64,000 nt of DNA from Amphiscolops sp. MND2022 (taxonomy: Eukaryota). The stretch spans positions 57,228,001 through 57,292,000 of the forward strand of contig OZ076409.1 in NCBI GenBank assembly GCA_964187785.1, given 5' to 3'. Positions 37,554 to 50,500 of the stretch are shown in pieces. The notes beneath the pieces are model-generated. The model made no database searches. It worked only from the letters and a program-made list of their open reading frames with translations, and was not told the DNA's origin. Every line of letters starts with the position of its first letter. Position 1 is the stretch's first letter. The position numbers and the translations under genes were made by a program.

Positions 37554-38041
37554 AACAAGACGGGCACGTCCCAAGTCGGCGCCATATCTAAGGCTCAAAA
37601 TTATTCAAGGAACAACTATTGGGAACATTTGGATACTTTTTTTCAAAAAAGTATTTGGTAAAAAAGTCGCACAATACTGAAAAACCCAAAAAGAGGTCAT
37701 TTAGGCTCATTAAACGTTTTTTACAAACCGGAAACTTCAAAAAAATGCAAGGGGGTACCCTTTGATAAAATTCGAAAATTTTCGAAAGTCGCATAGTGCT
37801 GAAAAAAAACCAAAAGGGGGACCCTTTGGTTTCACCTGTACTTTTGGAAGCATAAAAATTTTTTTGTTTAGTGCGAGAATCGAACCCACGCTCTGCGGCT
37901 TAGTCAAGAAAATTGGTCGAATTTGAACGAATGAACAAATTGTAAAAAGTGGACCACTCAGAGTGAGATTGTCAATTGAAAAAAAACTACTCACTGTAAT
38001 AGTCGGGCTTTTTTCCTGAAGGGAAAAGGTGCCGACTAAAA
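37554..38041 (-). mobile_element. HINE-family copy, inverted relative to 36938-37447
   Basis: AACAAGACGGGCACGTCCCAAGTCGGCGCC ... GCCGACTAAAA. Confidence 0.7.
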
Positions 38042-38081
38042 ACGTTTAAAACCTTGAGCAAGGCGCTGACTTGGGTTGTCC

Positions 38082-38678
38082 TTTTTTAGTGGCGCTTCAT
38101 GAAGTGAAACGCGACTATTATAGTGACTTTTCTTTTTTTTTTCAATCCACACGAACTGACCAAAATAGTTCTTTAAAGTTCTGCAAAATAGTATTGCACC
38201 ATTTGGCCTAGCGAACTGAACCAAAAAGGTTTTTCTTGTTTTCTCGCGTAACATACCATACCGGGTGAGACCAAAGGGTCCCCCCTTTCATTTTTTTTCG
38301 GCACTGCGAGACTTCGGAAATTTTTCCCCCAAAGGGTCCCCCCTTCAATTTTTTTGCTGTTTTGCGACAGAATGGATGTTGAAAAATCCCAAAGGAGGCC
38401 CCCTTTCTGTTTTTCGGCTTTCGGCATTGTGAGACTTTTTTTCGAAAATTTGTTTTTTTTCCATAGGGTCTCCCCTTCAACTGCGACAAAAATGTTGACA
38501 ATTTCGGAAGTGCCCCCTTTTAGCACGCCGGGGACTCGCGCTAGCGGGCCCAGGCGCGCCACTCGGTCCATTTTTTTTGGTTTTTCGATTTTCGAGTACT
38601 GTAAATTGACACTTGGAAGTCCTTTTGCTATTTTTGAGCCTTGGATATGGCGCCGACTTGGGCCGGTCCCGGCTTGTT
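38082..38678 (+). mobile_element. HINE-family copy
   Basis: Same termini as 6802-7099 with an expanded central AAAGGGTCCCC array. Confidence 0.7.
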
Positions 38679-41599
38679 CTACTAACATGGTCACTTTCGG
38701 CCGCAAAAATAGTTGTTTTAGGGATTGGGGGAAAAGCATTCTTCACTATTTCAAGATGGTTATCGGAAATGAACTCGGGAACTCATGAATTTTGACTGTT
38801 TTGCCTGATTTGAATTTTCCCAAAAACATTTTTTATCATTAAAAAATCAAATTTGTCTAGCAAAAACATCCAGCAGACTAAAATACTCGAATATCCTCTG
38901 ATAATCGTTTCTTCAGTTTTTCAGATTTTGTTACGAGCTTGGACGCTGAAAAAGTTGGATTTCCAACCAAATAAAACAGCTGATTCTAATATTCCGCTCT
39001 TGAAGTAGGCCTCAAAAAATCCTCTAGAACTTCGACATCTCTTTTTCATTTTTCCGAACCCAGAAAGTGATAAATATTGAGTTTTTCAACGTTTTGCCTG
39101 CAATTTTTTTTGTAGACTTACGTCATATTGTACCGCCTGTGTTTACAATTTCGAAACCTGCAAAAATTTCTAGGGGGTTTGTCTTTAATTTCCTTCCCAA
39201 ATTGCAGAGAAATCTTTATAATAAATACCTGAAAAATTAGTGATGCAACGTGAAAATTTTGAGCATGAAAACTTCACAAAGTAGCTTTCAAAAAATCTAT
39301 GAAATTTCCCTTGTAACCTATAAAAGCATATAAATTTTTTGAGCACTTTCAACTAGGGATACGTTCCCTACTGTTTGATTAAAGGCACCCTTTAGTATAT
39401 TTATTAGACTTAGGGCATTGAGCGCGGCGCCGACTTATGACAGTCCCATCTTGTTTTTTTTTCAAACAAAGAGCGCAATTACTTTGGGAGCAATGTTCCT
39501 GATGCCATATTACTTGTGATACCAATTTTCATTTTTCAAGCAAATGTTTTCGAAATACTTGCGGTGTTTTCCACATCAAAAGACCGAAGAATATGTTGTT
39601 AGATTTTTAATCGCGCAAAGCAAAGGAATGCTTTCCGAGTTTTTTAAAACGAAATTTTCCCCCAAAGTTCAGACGCTTTTAAAGGGTTCTACCCCAGAAC
39701 TGACAAATGGAAAGCTATTCGTTTCTCTTCGCTCACATTTTCCAACAGTTTCAAGATTAGTAAATAGAATGCATTTGCTAATGAATAGCTAAAAGCGGTT
39801 TTCATTTTGTATTTATTCATTCTCAACACATTTCATTTTGGTAGTCTATTTACTCGCGGTGAGTGAAAGCAGTGCAATCATCGGAAGAATTCAGTTGCAA
39901 TCTTAAATTCAGTTTAGCGAAAAAGCAGCAAGTATTTGAAATTTTGTTTCCTTGCGAATTTCTTTGATTAAAACAATGCATAAATTGATCATCAATGCAA
40001 ATATTTCAGTTTAATTTGAATTGAAGTAATGTATTCAGAGTGCTATACATGGCCGCAACAGTTTTTGGAATTTTCTCCATTCATTTCGGCAAATCTAATC
40101 TGTTTCAGAGGGAGCTAAAATGTGGAGGGGGGGGGCTTAAATGAGGCTTAAGAAGGAATCGTTCGTTGCCTCCTTCCGAAATTTATGAAAGCACCTTTTA
40201 ATTGTGAAAGAAAAACAGGATGGCTGCAATATTTTATGACCTTCGGTCTTGATTTAGCGTTTTTTCATTTCCTTAATTGTGTGTTCAGAAAGCTTTTTGG
40301 CAGTGTGCTATAGGTATATACCTGAAGTAGGCAAAAATTCATTTGACTTTCTTAAATCTTAACCGAAATGTCGCATGTATTAAGTGGAAAAGATGTCAAA
40401 ACTTCCTTGTTACGGAAGTAAGCCAGTTGTATCAGAAGAAATAGTGTTTCGCAATGGTAAAATTTTCCATGCCCTACGAGACACAATGATGACTATTTGT
40501 CCCATTGTTCTGTAGAAAAAAGTAAAGCTCCTCCCCTGATGTTTGTCTCGTATTTCGAGAAGTTCAACACAGCCTCACTTAGTACGAACTGAAGTAAGCT
40601 CATTTACTGTAATTCTGACTGACGATCATCTTTTACAATATTCGAATTGAAGAAAGATCATCTCCGTCTAAGCCGCCTTGTAACTTCCAATCTGATCTTT
40701 GATGTCTGCTGTTACAATTTAACTCGATGATTCAATCAGGCTCTAATATCATTTGTGTAACCAGTTCCTCGGGGCAAAGGAGAAAACTTTAGGCTTGAGA
40801 CACTTTTGTTCGAATTTATTTGATATCAATTAGGAAAATTTGCCACGTCACTTAGGTGGAATGTCTGGAAAGAAAGTTTAAGCAACATTAGGACAGTGGC
40901 TGTGTCTGGTTTTGTTATATAGATGTCACATGATTATTTGATGCGCTTATTTGCCGAAATTTGCTTTTGTGTATCAGATCGGTGACTTGCCCGAGAAACC
41001 CATTTTTACAGCATTTTATCAGATTGTTGCAATGCACGGCGGTGATAAATTATAAATCGACTGTGTTGCCTTTGAGGTGAAATTAGGAAAACCACATTTG
41101 TTGGAATTACATATCTGGCGCCCAAAAAGACTTCTCTGTATTTGGTGGAATCTTAAGCAAGTTCTCCCAGACGTCGGTTCATTTTATACCGGCCGCAAGG
41201 TTTATTTAACTCCTTTGAACTAGGTACGTCTGATTTATTGCTATATGATTGTGATCAGATGCTCATTCAAGAAATATTGCAAACTCATTCACGGGATGAG
41301 AGAGGCCATTTATTTATTGGATGCGTTTTAAATGCAGTGACGACAAATTTGAATAAAATGGAATCGTTTTCATGATGAGGTCGTTCATGGGCCACTCTGT
41401 ACGAGTCTTGTGTATTAGTTACTGAAGTTTATCACAAAAGGCCGTCCACCCAAAGCTAAGCATCTTCTGGTGATTAAACGCTAAGTTATGACTACTTTAC
41501 CGAATGTTAACTGAAGATTTCGCTTTCACTACTTCCTAATAGTCAGGCATTCATTTTAGGGAAACACATTTGAGCGTTGTTTCTCCTTTTAGATTTGTC

Positions 41600-44500
41600 A
41601 TGTCATTCGTTGATACCCGAATCAAGTTGAACTTGAAGCGTCTTCCGAGGCCTCTGCCCGACAACTATAACCTGGTTGTGGACGTTAGTGGTTCAGATGC
41701 ATGTTCTCGACTGATCGACAGCTTGCCCATGAGAATAGCCGTCAACAGCGTGGAGTCGGCCTCTGTCAAGCTACCTTCAGGCGACACTGCTCTCGTGCAG
41801 CCCGGCTCTAGGTTGGCTGTTTCAGTTTCAGACCACAAAATCCTTGGTTCATATTTTTCCTCCGAGTACTAAAAATACTTTTTATTTCGAGAAGAGTGAC
41901 CAATGCTTTAGTTCAATTTTGAGCCGTCTACTTTTTACCTTTAAAACTCTCTTATGAGCTGATTAAGTTACATTTTAGTGACAAAAAAAGCGGTGACTTC
42001 CCAAAGCTCCGGATATTCATAGCTCCGAAAACAAAATGTAGTGCCATAACTCCGAAAAATAACATCAAAGCTGAAAAGTAGAATCAGTCTGTTGAAATCG
42101 TGTATTGAAATTGAATTGTCGAAATAATTATTATAACGTATTGAGCTATATTCACATGCCCCTAGTGCACAGAATGCAGCGGAGCTCTACAACATTGCAT
42201 GCGAGTGATTTTAGGGTTGTACGTACTGTATTTCTACAAATATAAGTCTCAGCTTGGAATATGTGGTTTGAAATCACTAGACAAAAAGGACGGACGTGTC
42301 AATAATTTTAGTCACTCAGAATAAGAAGATTTTATTATTATTTGTTGCCCGTAGGCTTACAAATTTAAGGAACTAAACATTGTTTCAGCTGAGGTGTATA
42401 GACCAAGTCATGGATAGCACCACATAAAACAAAGATTTTTCAAGACTTCATGTTATTAGTATTCATCAGCTGGTCATACTTGATTACATTCGGGAATGAG
42501 TGATAAAGTCCTGGTAAAAGGATCTTACGTCTATTTTCAAACATTTTACACACAAAAAGTAGATGGTACTCATCTGGAGTTCCTGGCAGCCCACATAGAG
42601 TACATTCTTCTGCCGGAAGAGTTAGATATGTCATTTTTACTTTGGGTGTGCTGACTGAATGTTATATTTCATAGCAGCTTTAAACTTATTGTTAAACCGA
42701 AAAACGATTCCCAAGTAGCAGAATGTGTCAACACGCTCAAGAGCTTAACCATCAGCAAGGATGGGAACGGTTTTTCAAACTTTACCCCTAGAAAAAATCG
42801 TTTACTTTGTTTTATCGATATTTATACACATTCTATTTTGCTTGCATTATTGCAAGGTCGCCTTAACAGCAGTGTATCATCCGCATTCAAAAGCACAAAA
42901 AGCTTGAAAAATCATTATACATTTTGGGCTAAAACATCTGGTTGAAGGCCAGTGAACTCCGACGACACGAAGGCTTGGAAGTCATTCAAAAAAAACAATG
43001 AAGAGTAGAGGTGATAGATTATCACCTTGCCTAACTCCTATTCGGCATTCAAAAACATCAGTAAGAGACCCATTAACGTTTACACGCGCTTTTGTTTTTT
43101 CATTAATCGTTTATGAAGCCAGCTTCATCCAGAGTAAAGTATGATCAACACGATCGAACGCTTTCTCATAGTCAATGAATGTGACAAACAATCTTTTCCT
43201 TTGGGCTAAGTAGAATGAGTATATCGTATAAAGGACAAAAAGGATCAGTGCACCCCATACTTTCCCTAAAACCTGCTTGTTCTATTTCTAACGCTCGTCT
43301 GCTTTCTAGGTCTTTTTCCATTCTCTTCGCTAGAAGAAAGGTAAAGAATATACATAGACAATTTGCAAGAGATATTCCTCTGTAGTTATTCATGTCTTTT
43401 CTATCACCTTTTTTAAAGATTGGACAGTACACTGAAAGTGTCCAATCATCGGACACTTCCCCTCTATCAAGAATTGCATTAAAGAACTTCGTTATCACAA
43501 CAACCAGTTTCTCAGGTGCATACTTAATAAACTCCGGAAAGATATCTCAAGGTTGAGTCTCCACAAACATTCCAAAACCTGCTCAATAAGTACAGGGGAT
43601 TTTAATTATAGAAGCCGCCTTCTCGAATATAAGCCGCATATTCATCTCAAAATATGAAATATATATTTGTTGAGAACGAACATGATGGAAATTTTGAAAA
43701 CGAAACAGTTATTTACAGAGAGATGACTTTATCTGTGGCTCTTCAATTACATTATCCAAACTACTTCACCTATGTTGTTTTTCTTTAAAAAAATTTTTTT
43801 GATCGCATTAAGTTTTTTAGTCGGCGCTTTTCTTTAGAAAAGAGTCGACTATGGTCATGGCTTTTCGTCAGTGTTTTTTTAAGACCACCTGAACTGACCA
43901 AAATAGTTCTACAAAATATTTTTGCACCAAATTGCACCATTTGGCCTAGCGAACTGAACCAAAAAGGTTTTTCCTGTTTTCCCACGTAACATACCATACC
44001 GGACGAGACCAAAGGGTCCCCCCTTTCAGTTTTTTTCGGCATTGTGAGACTTTTGTTCCGGAAAATTTTTTCCCCGAAGGGTCCCCCTTCAATTTTTTGC
44101 TGTTTTGCGACAGAATGGATGTTGAAAAATCCCAAAGGGTCCCCCCTTTCAATTTTTTTCGGCACTGCGAGACTTTTTTCCCGAAAATAAAAATTTCCCA
44201 CTTCAATTTTTTGATGTTTTGCGACAGAATCGATGTTGAAAAACCCTAAAGGGTCCCCCCTTTCAGTTTTTCGGCATTGTGAGACTTTTTTTCAAAATTT
44301 TATTTTTCTCCAAAGGGTCCCCCCTTCAACTGCGACAAAATGCGAAATTTGATCAGTCTCACAGTGCCGAAAAAGGGGAAAGTCTCATAGTGTCGAAATA
44401 AGTGAAAAAGGGGACCCTTCTGCTTTGCAATGGCTTTTCTCATGTTAGAGGCTTTGGATGCGTTGAAAATGAAGTAAGTACATATGGTAAAAGTGCATAA

Positions 44501-47500
44501 TGCACAAAAAGTGGACCGATCGCGTTGAACTGACGAAAAAAATAGCCACTGTAAGAGTCGGGATTTTCTTCGAAAACGCCGACTAAAAACAGCTCTTAAG
44601 CCCAAAGGGCTGTTTGTTTTTTTCTCGAAAGCGCAGACTATTAAATTAGAAAGTACCTGTGAAACGTTCAGCCAAAATACTTTGTCGCAAAGTGTTTAAT
44701 AAATCAAAGGAAAGAGCAGGACCTTTTGAGATTAGAAGTCTTTGAGAACCTGAAAACATCTGAAAAAAATTAAAACCATCAGAAGTTGCACAATGGGGAA
44801 CGCTTTGGAAACAAAAGGCTGATGATACAGAATTCGATACATTTTTAAAAACGAAACAGGTCCCTTGTCTCATATAGTTTCGTGTCTCTTGCAAAAATAA
44901 GAAAATCTTGGAAATCGGACACCTTGGCTTGTTCAGTTACGCTTCAGATCTGACGCGTGAAGCGGAAAACTTAGTAGAAAGTTTTTTGGCCACATCGGCA
45001 GGTTTGAAAAGATGAAAAAAACTGACGAAAAGCTACTGTTATAGTCGACTTCAATTTCTCTTCGCCCTAACTAAAAAGTATTTTCCTTGCTTTTTTGGTC
45101 AAACCTGAAATAATTCGGTAATAACGTCGATAAATCGGGTATAGCACATTTTTTTAACAGTTATAAACGATATATCGGGAAGCAAAAAGTGAAATTTTTA
45201 CCGAACAAAGTCGCATAAAACCAAAACATTCAAAGAGGGGCCTTTGGCCTCTCAAAACGTCTTTTCTATGGCTAAAATAGGGAGGAAACCGAAGGGACAC
45301 CCTTTGGTGAAATGATTTTTTAGCCGGCACTTTTCTTAATAGGGGGTCGACTATAGTCATGGCTTTTTGTCAGTGTTTTTAAGACCACATGAAGTGACCA
45401 AAATAGTTCTACCAAAAGTTCTACAAAATTTTGAGAAGACGCCAAATTGTACCTGTTGGCCCAAGGAACTAAACCAAAAAGGTTTCCCGCGAAACATACA
45501 ATACTGGACGAGACAAAAGGGTCCCCCCTTAAGATTTTTTTCGGCACTGTGCGACTTTTCCCAATTTTTTTTTCCACCAAAGGGTCCTCTTTCAATTTTT
45601 TTTGCTGTTTTGCGTCAGAATGGATGTTGGAAAATCCCAAAGGGTCCCCCTTTCAGTTTTTTTCGGCATTGTGAGACTTTTTTCCAAAGAAAATTTTTTC
45701 ATAAAAGGGCCCCTAACTCACCAATACTTTGACATATTGTCCGTTTGCTATTTTTGAGCCTTACATATGGCGCCGACTTGGGCCGGTCCCGGCTTGTTCT
45801 GTATTCATACCATTTCATACAACACCTCGCTTTCTGACATTACTTTCTGACATGTACCCTCTGCTTTATGCAGAGTCAACTTGGAATGTCAATGGAACTT
45901 GTTTTCATTCAATCATCCTGTTGAAAATGCCCTGTAACTTCACTTTGGTACGATAAAAATGTGTTTTTCTGAGATACGATAAAAATGTGTTTTTCTTAGA
46001 TGGGCAGACCTTGGTCTTAAAGAAGGTCTGGAGTATGTGTTGGAGGTACGTGGCCAAGCCATGGATTTCGAGGTGGGGGCAGCCGATGATAACAGTGCCC
46101 CCATAGATTACATATCGAACGAGGAGTACGACAAAAAGGAGGGAACAGTACGTGACTACTTAAGAAAGAACAAATTGGGAAAGTTCAGCGAGGACTACCA
46201 AGCTAAGAAATTGCAGGAAGAGAAAGAACAGCTGGAACTGTACGAGTCTCTCAAAGGCAGAGTTAGTTCCCGCATGTATAGAAAGTTTCATTCTGTTCAT
46301 GCTTTCTCATCGCCAAATCGAATGTTTATGCCCTGTTTGATAAAAAAAGCAACCCTTGTGTGAAGAGCTTGCAAGACCCTTACTTTAGATGGATTCCTTG
46401 AACGAACCTTTGGCGGATTGAATGTATCTCGTGCGTGCAAGCATCTCAAAAGAAACTATTCCTTGCAGCAATCCTGCAAGATATTTGCCAGAAAAAAATC
46501 ATTTGCAATGATCTTGTTAGGAAACCATCTTGCACGTTCCTTTAAAAATTCTTTTGAGTAATTTGCATTACTTGAGACGATGTGATACTTATTGATTTTT
46601 TACTAGCCTTGAAGGAAAATGCTTTTTTATCAAGCAAGTTTTTTTATCTCTCTCAAGTTCCCAATCGTTATGATCTCCCTCTTCAATCATATTTTGCCAT
46701 CCAAAAATAGCAGACTCAGTCGATCTTGATTGCTGAATGATTATGTAGTCGGTAATATCAAGTATTCGAATCCTTGAAATGTTCAATAGCTTTTTGACAA
46801 ATTCTTTGGTTTCATTGTTGATTTTGTTAGAATGGATGCATGATTTTGTATGCAAATTGACAGGCTTTTTCACGTCTTGCTCACGTTTCTCATGTGTATC
46901 AAATCAGCATTGTGCATTCGCATGATGATATTTTCACAATTTGTGTATCAAATAAATGCTGAAAGGGCATGTTTGTTCAACGCGATTATTGATTGATACT
47001 GAACTAAATGGCAAAAATTTTTATATAAAGTATCAAGTAAGTAATAAGCTGTACTGCTCGAAATGAATGAGATCCGAAAGTCTCTTGATTCCTCAAAAAT
47101 GCGAGCTCGGTTTTTAATTTGAAAAATTTCTGTCTTCTTAGGGATTTTCAGGGATACGCAAAAAAATATTGCAATATTATTGCTTTTACGCAGCAATAAC
47201 TTCCATTTTTTGGCCTGCTGAATGAATTATTGCAATTTTTTGTAATGAAAAATTATTAATTGCAGTAATTTTTTTTCTCAAAACGCAATATTCAGAATGT
47301 TAATTATCATCAGAAATCAACAAACTTTGAACAGTTTGTCTATTCCAAAGGGACCTATTAAACATAGGAAAATAAGTCTCTTCAAGATGGATTGGGGTTA
47401 GCCGGTTCCGAAATAGTTTCTATCATCTTCGCTCTGCTGAACAGTCGCTCAACCAAATTCGAAGTTGGAGATATCCACTTCATAGACCCAAATTCGTCTT

Positions 47501-50500
47501 TACGGGCCTTAGTTGCGAGCAGTATGTCGGCATACGAGTTCGCACCATTTTCATTGAAAATGCACGCTTTTTGAGGGAATCAGTAGCCATACGCTTAATA
47601 ACTGAGATCCACAAACTTGCCACGAAAAAACCTTCGATTCCATTTTCAAAATCGGGACTATGCGCTATATTTGCATCAGGAGATATATAAGATGCCATAG
47701 AAGGAAAGTCACTTATAAGGCAGTCGAACAATATTCTAACGTCTTTCATAGTTATTTCCGGGTTTTGAATCTTTTTTGTAACAGATTCAAACTTTTCAGC
47801 TTTTTGGATCAGTTCCTCAATACATTCAATTTCCCGAGGCGGTTGTAGAAACTCACTCACTTCCATATTGCGATTGACTTAGCCCTTCTTTTCCGATATC
47901 GCTTAAGAAGGTAAAAACTGGTGGACCATCTTGTTTTGCATCGCATCACTGGCATTAAATCACAGCCCGCTTGCCTCCGTTTTTGACTTTCGAGTTTTTT
48001 CATGAGCATATGAAGTTTGTTGAAAATGTCTTCGTACTCTTCAAAACAACCATTCGTGTTTTTTTTGGCATCTCAGATTTTTATTGCTGTTCCACTTGTT
48101 GAACAAATCCTGTCATGCATTTAAGAAGGATGTTTACAGATATAGGCTGAAGTTCTGTATTTTCGCGGGTCAACTTTCTTTCGCAGAACGAAAACTCGTG
48201 GTTTTCCATAACAATCCATTAAACTCATTTGATTATCTTTGCCTTGGAAGAAGTAAAAGTTTCGCAGATGCTTCGTTTTTCCTTCAACTCTTCTGTCCAT
48301 GAAGGATGGGAAGAATTCAAGTGATTAATGATGTTTGTATATCCGGTTTTCAAGGCCTGTTTACGCTTTTTATTCCACACAACCAGATGTATTTCCCATT
48401 TTCAATATGAGTAAAATAATGCTAATAGCTTCCTGGTTTTTGCTCATCATTTTATGATAAAACGTAAAGTTGAACAATCAGCGTGTAGATGTAAAGTAAA
48501 GCTATTTTGCAGCTAAAATGAATTCACGCTAATGTGGTTACTCTGTTGTGCTTAATAAGAGGGGGGGGGGGGGTACCTATCACTGTCTCGGCCTGAAAAT
48601 CAGGGACCCCCCTCTAATTATGACCCCCCTGGTAGCAAACACGAAAGAAAAAAAGCTCACGCCCAGGTTCGAACCCAGGCAGAAAGAGCAAATACCCATA
48701 AGCTGAAGTTATCGAATTCCGTAAAAATCTGATGGAATCTTCTCCAAAATCACTCTCCGCCTTACTGAAACCAATCACGCCCCCTGAGGGAGTTCGGACC
48801 CGACAAATTACCGGTACTTGTGACCAACCAGAAGATGAAGGTTTTGAGTTACTTGATGGCGAATATAACAGCAATGAAGACATTGACACTTCGACAATTG
48901 AGGATGAGTTGGGCAAAATCACTCAGTCAGCACAAGAACCGGTAATTGAAGACGAACTTCCAGTTGGAGATGCCGTTATCGCAGGCGAAGAAATAACTGA
49001 TCTTCAAAGTTTGTCTCGAATCGAAAATACAGTTAAGCAAGAAATATCTATCGCTTCTAACGAGCTACGGCCTATTTTCAACAAACAGATCTCGGAAATC
49101 AATCAACAAAGACGAAAATTCAGAAAGCCGGCCGGAAATTAGCTGTTTTGTTTTGTATAAACATTTGTAGTGTAAGAGATGCGTTTCAGTTTAATTTTTT
49201 TGCCTTAAAAAATGTTTTCTAGGATTCGGGAGCTGTTTAGACCCCCCCTGTAACTTAGACCCCCCTCTTACAGTCCGCCAGAAATTTGCTAGACCCCCCC
49301 TCTAAATATGACCCCCCCTTATTAAGCACAACAGAGTAGTAAGTGTACACGTCATTGGCTCACCTACACGTGTTTGCTTACATGTATTTGCTAACTGCAA
49401 AGATCGCCTTTACTTGTTGAATGATAAATAATTTAGAAATTTGACCCAGTTTTTCGGCAATCATTTTCATTTCTAACTTCTGAAAATTAATTAATTGTAC
49501 AGTACTATGATTAAGAAAACGTCCCCCGGGGCGATTTTAGGCTCGATTTTCTCGAAATCTGTTGAGAATTTTGAAAAACAAGAAATAAAAGTTTCTTGGA
49601 ATTTCATCTAGTTTACATTGTTTTTAAAATTTTCTGGGACAAAAATTCAAAAAATTACAATTAGCTGATTTTGAGCAACTTTGGGGCTTTTTTCCGTTTT
49701 ACCAGTTTTTGACCGTTTTATCCACAGTTTTTTCGGCAAGTTTTATGCTCAAAGAACTCGCACAAATCTACTGAATCTATGGGTATTTTTAGATTTCAAA
49801 AGTTATCAACCTTTTTTGAAATATGCTCGAAAGGTAAAATTTCGTCGATTTACATGTATTAAGATAGGAAATGAACGTTTCGCGGCGGAAAACTGCGATT
49901 ATTTTTCCATTTAGAATGTTTTTGAAACAGAAAATATATTATTGAATTCTATAAAATCTGCAAAATTCGATGAATCTAAAATTTTCAGAAAAATATTTCA
50001 AAAACCTGCCCAAAACTGCGAAAATAGCAGAAGTGTTCTTTCTGCGACGGAGATTTCACTTGATGCGCCAATCAGAATTGAATGTGAGAGCAAATACGCA
50101 ATTCTAATTGGTTGATAACGACGCTTAGCGCATAGGGGGACGATTTCTTAATCACAGTACTGTATTAACGTCAAGGAATAAATTATTTGGAAGAAATATT
50201 GCAGTTATTTTGCAGTTAATTATTGCGTATCCCTGGGGTTTGTATATTGACGTTAAGCGAACGAACGTTTGCTAATTAATCGTTCGCTGAGAGCTCCACC
50301 TCCATTCAAACAATAATGCAACAATTCATTTCCGCTTACTAGTGGTACTTTCCTCTTTTAGTACATTGCTAAGAAAGCTTTTAGACCAATATTTGGATAC
50401 TTTCAGTACGCACTTTAGCAAAATTTCAAAAATTGGAATTTCTCTAGAATCTCTTTGGAATTGAAAGATATACTTTCATCCCGAAATCTTTTGTGGAAAG

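Larger units (their letters stand above)
47149..50235 (-). mobile_element. Old hAT transposon in TBCB intron 2 carrying two nested insertions
   Basis: TIRs CAGGGATACGCAA / TTGCGTATCCCTG; degraded 8-bp TSD (GGGATTTT vs GGGTTTGT); transposase remnants GYTNIINHLNSSH, KTRWSTSFYLLKRY, PTSNLVERLFSRAK. Confidence 0.85.

Noticed and set aside
43990..44340. Regularly spaced AAAGGGTCCCCCC units resembling a CRISPR array
   Set aside because: The spacers are themselves repeated, the context is a eukaryotic transposon and there are no cas genes.
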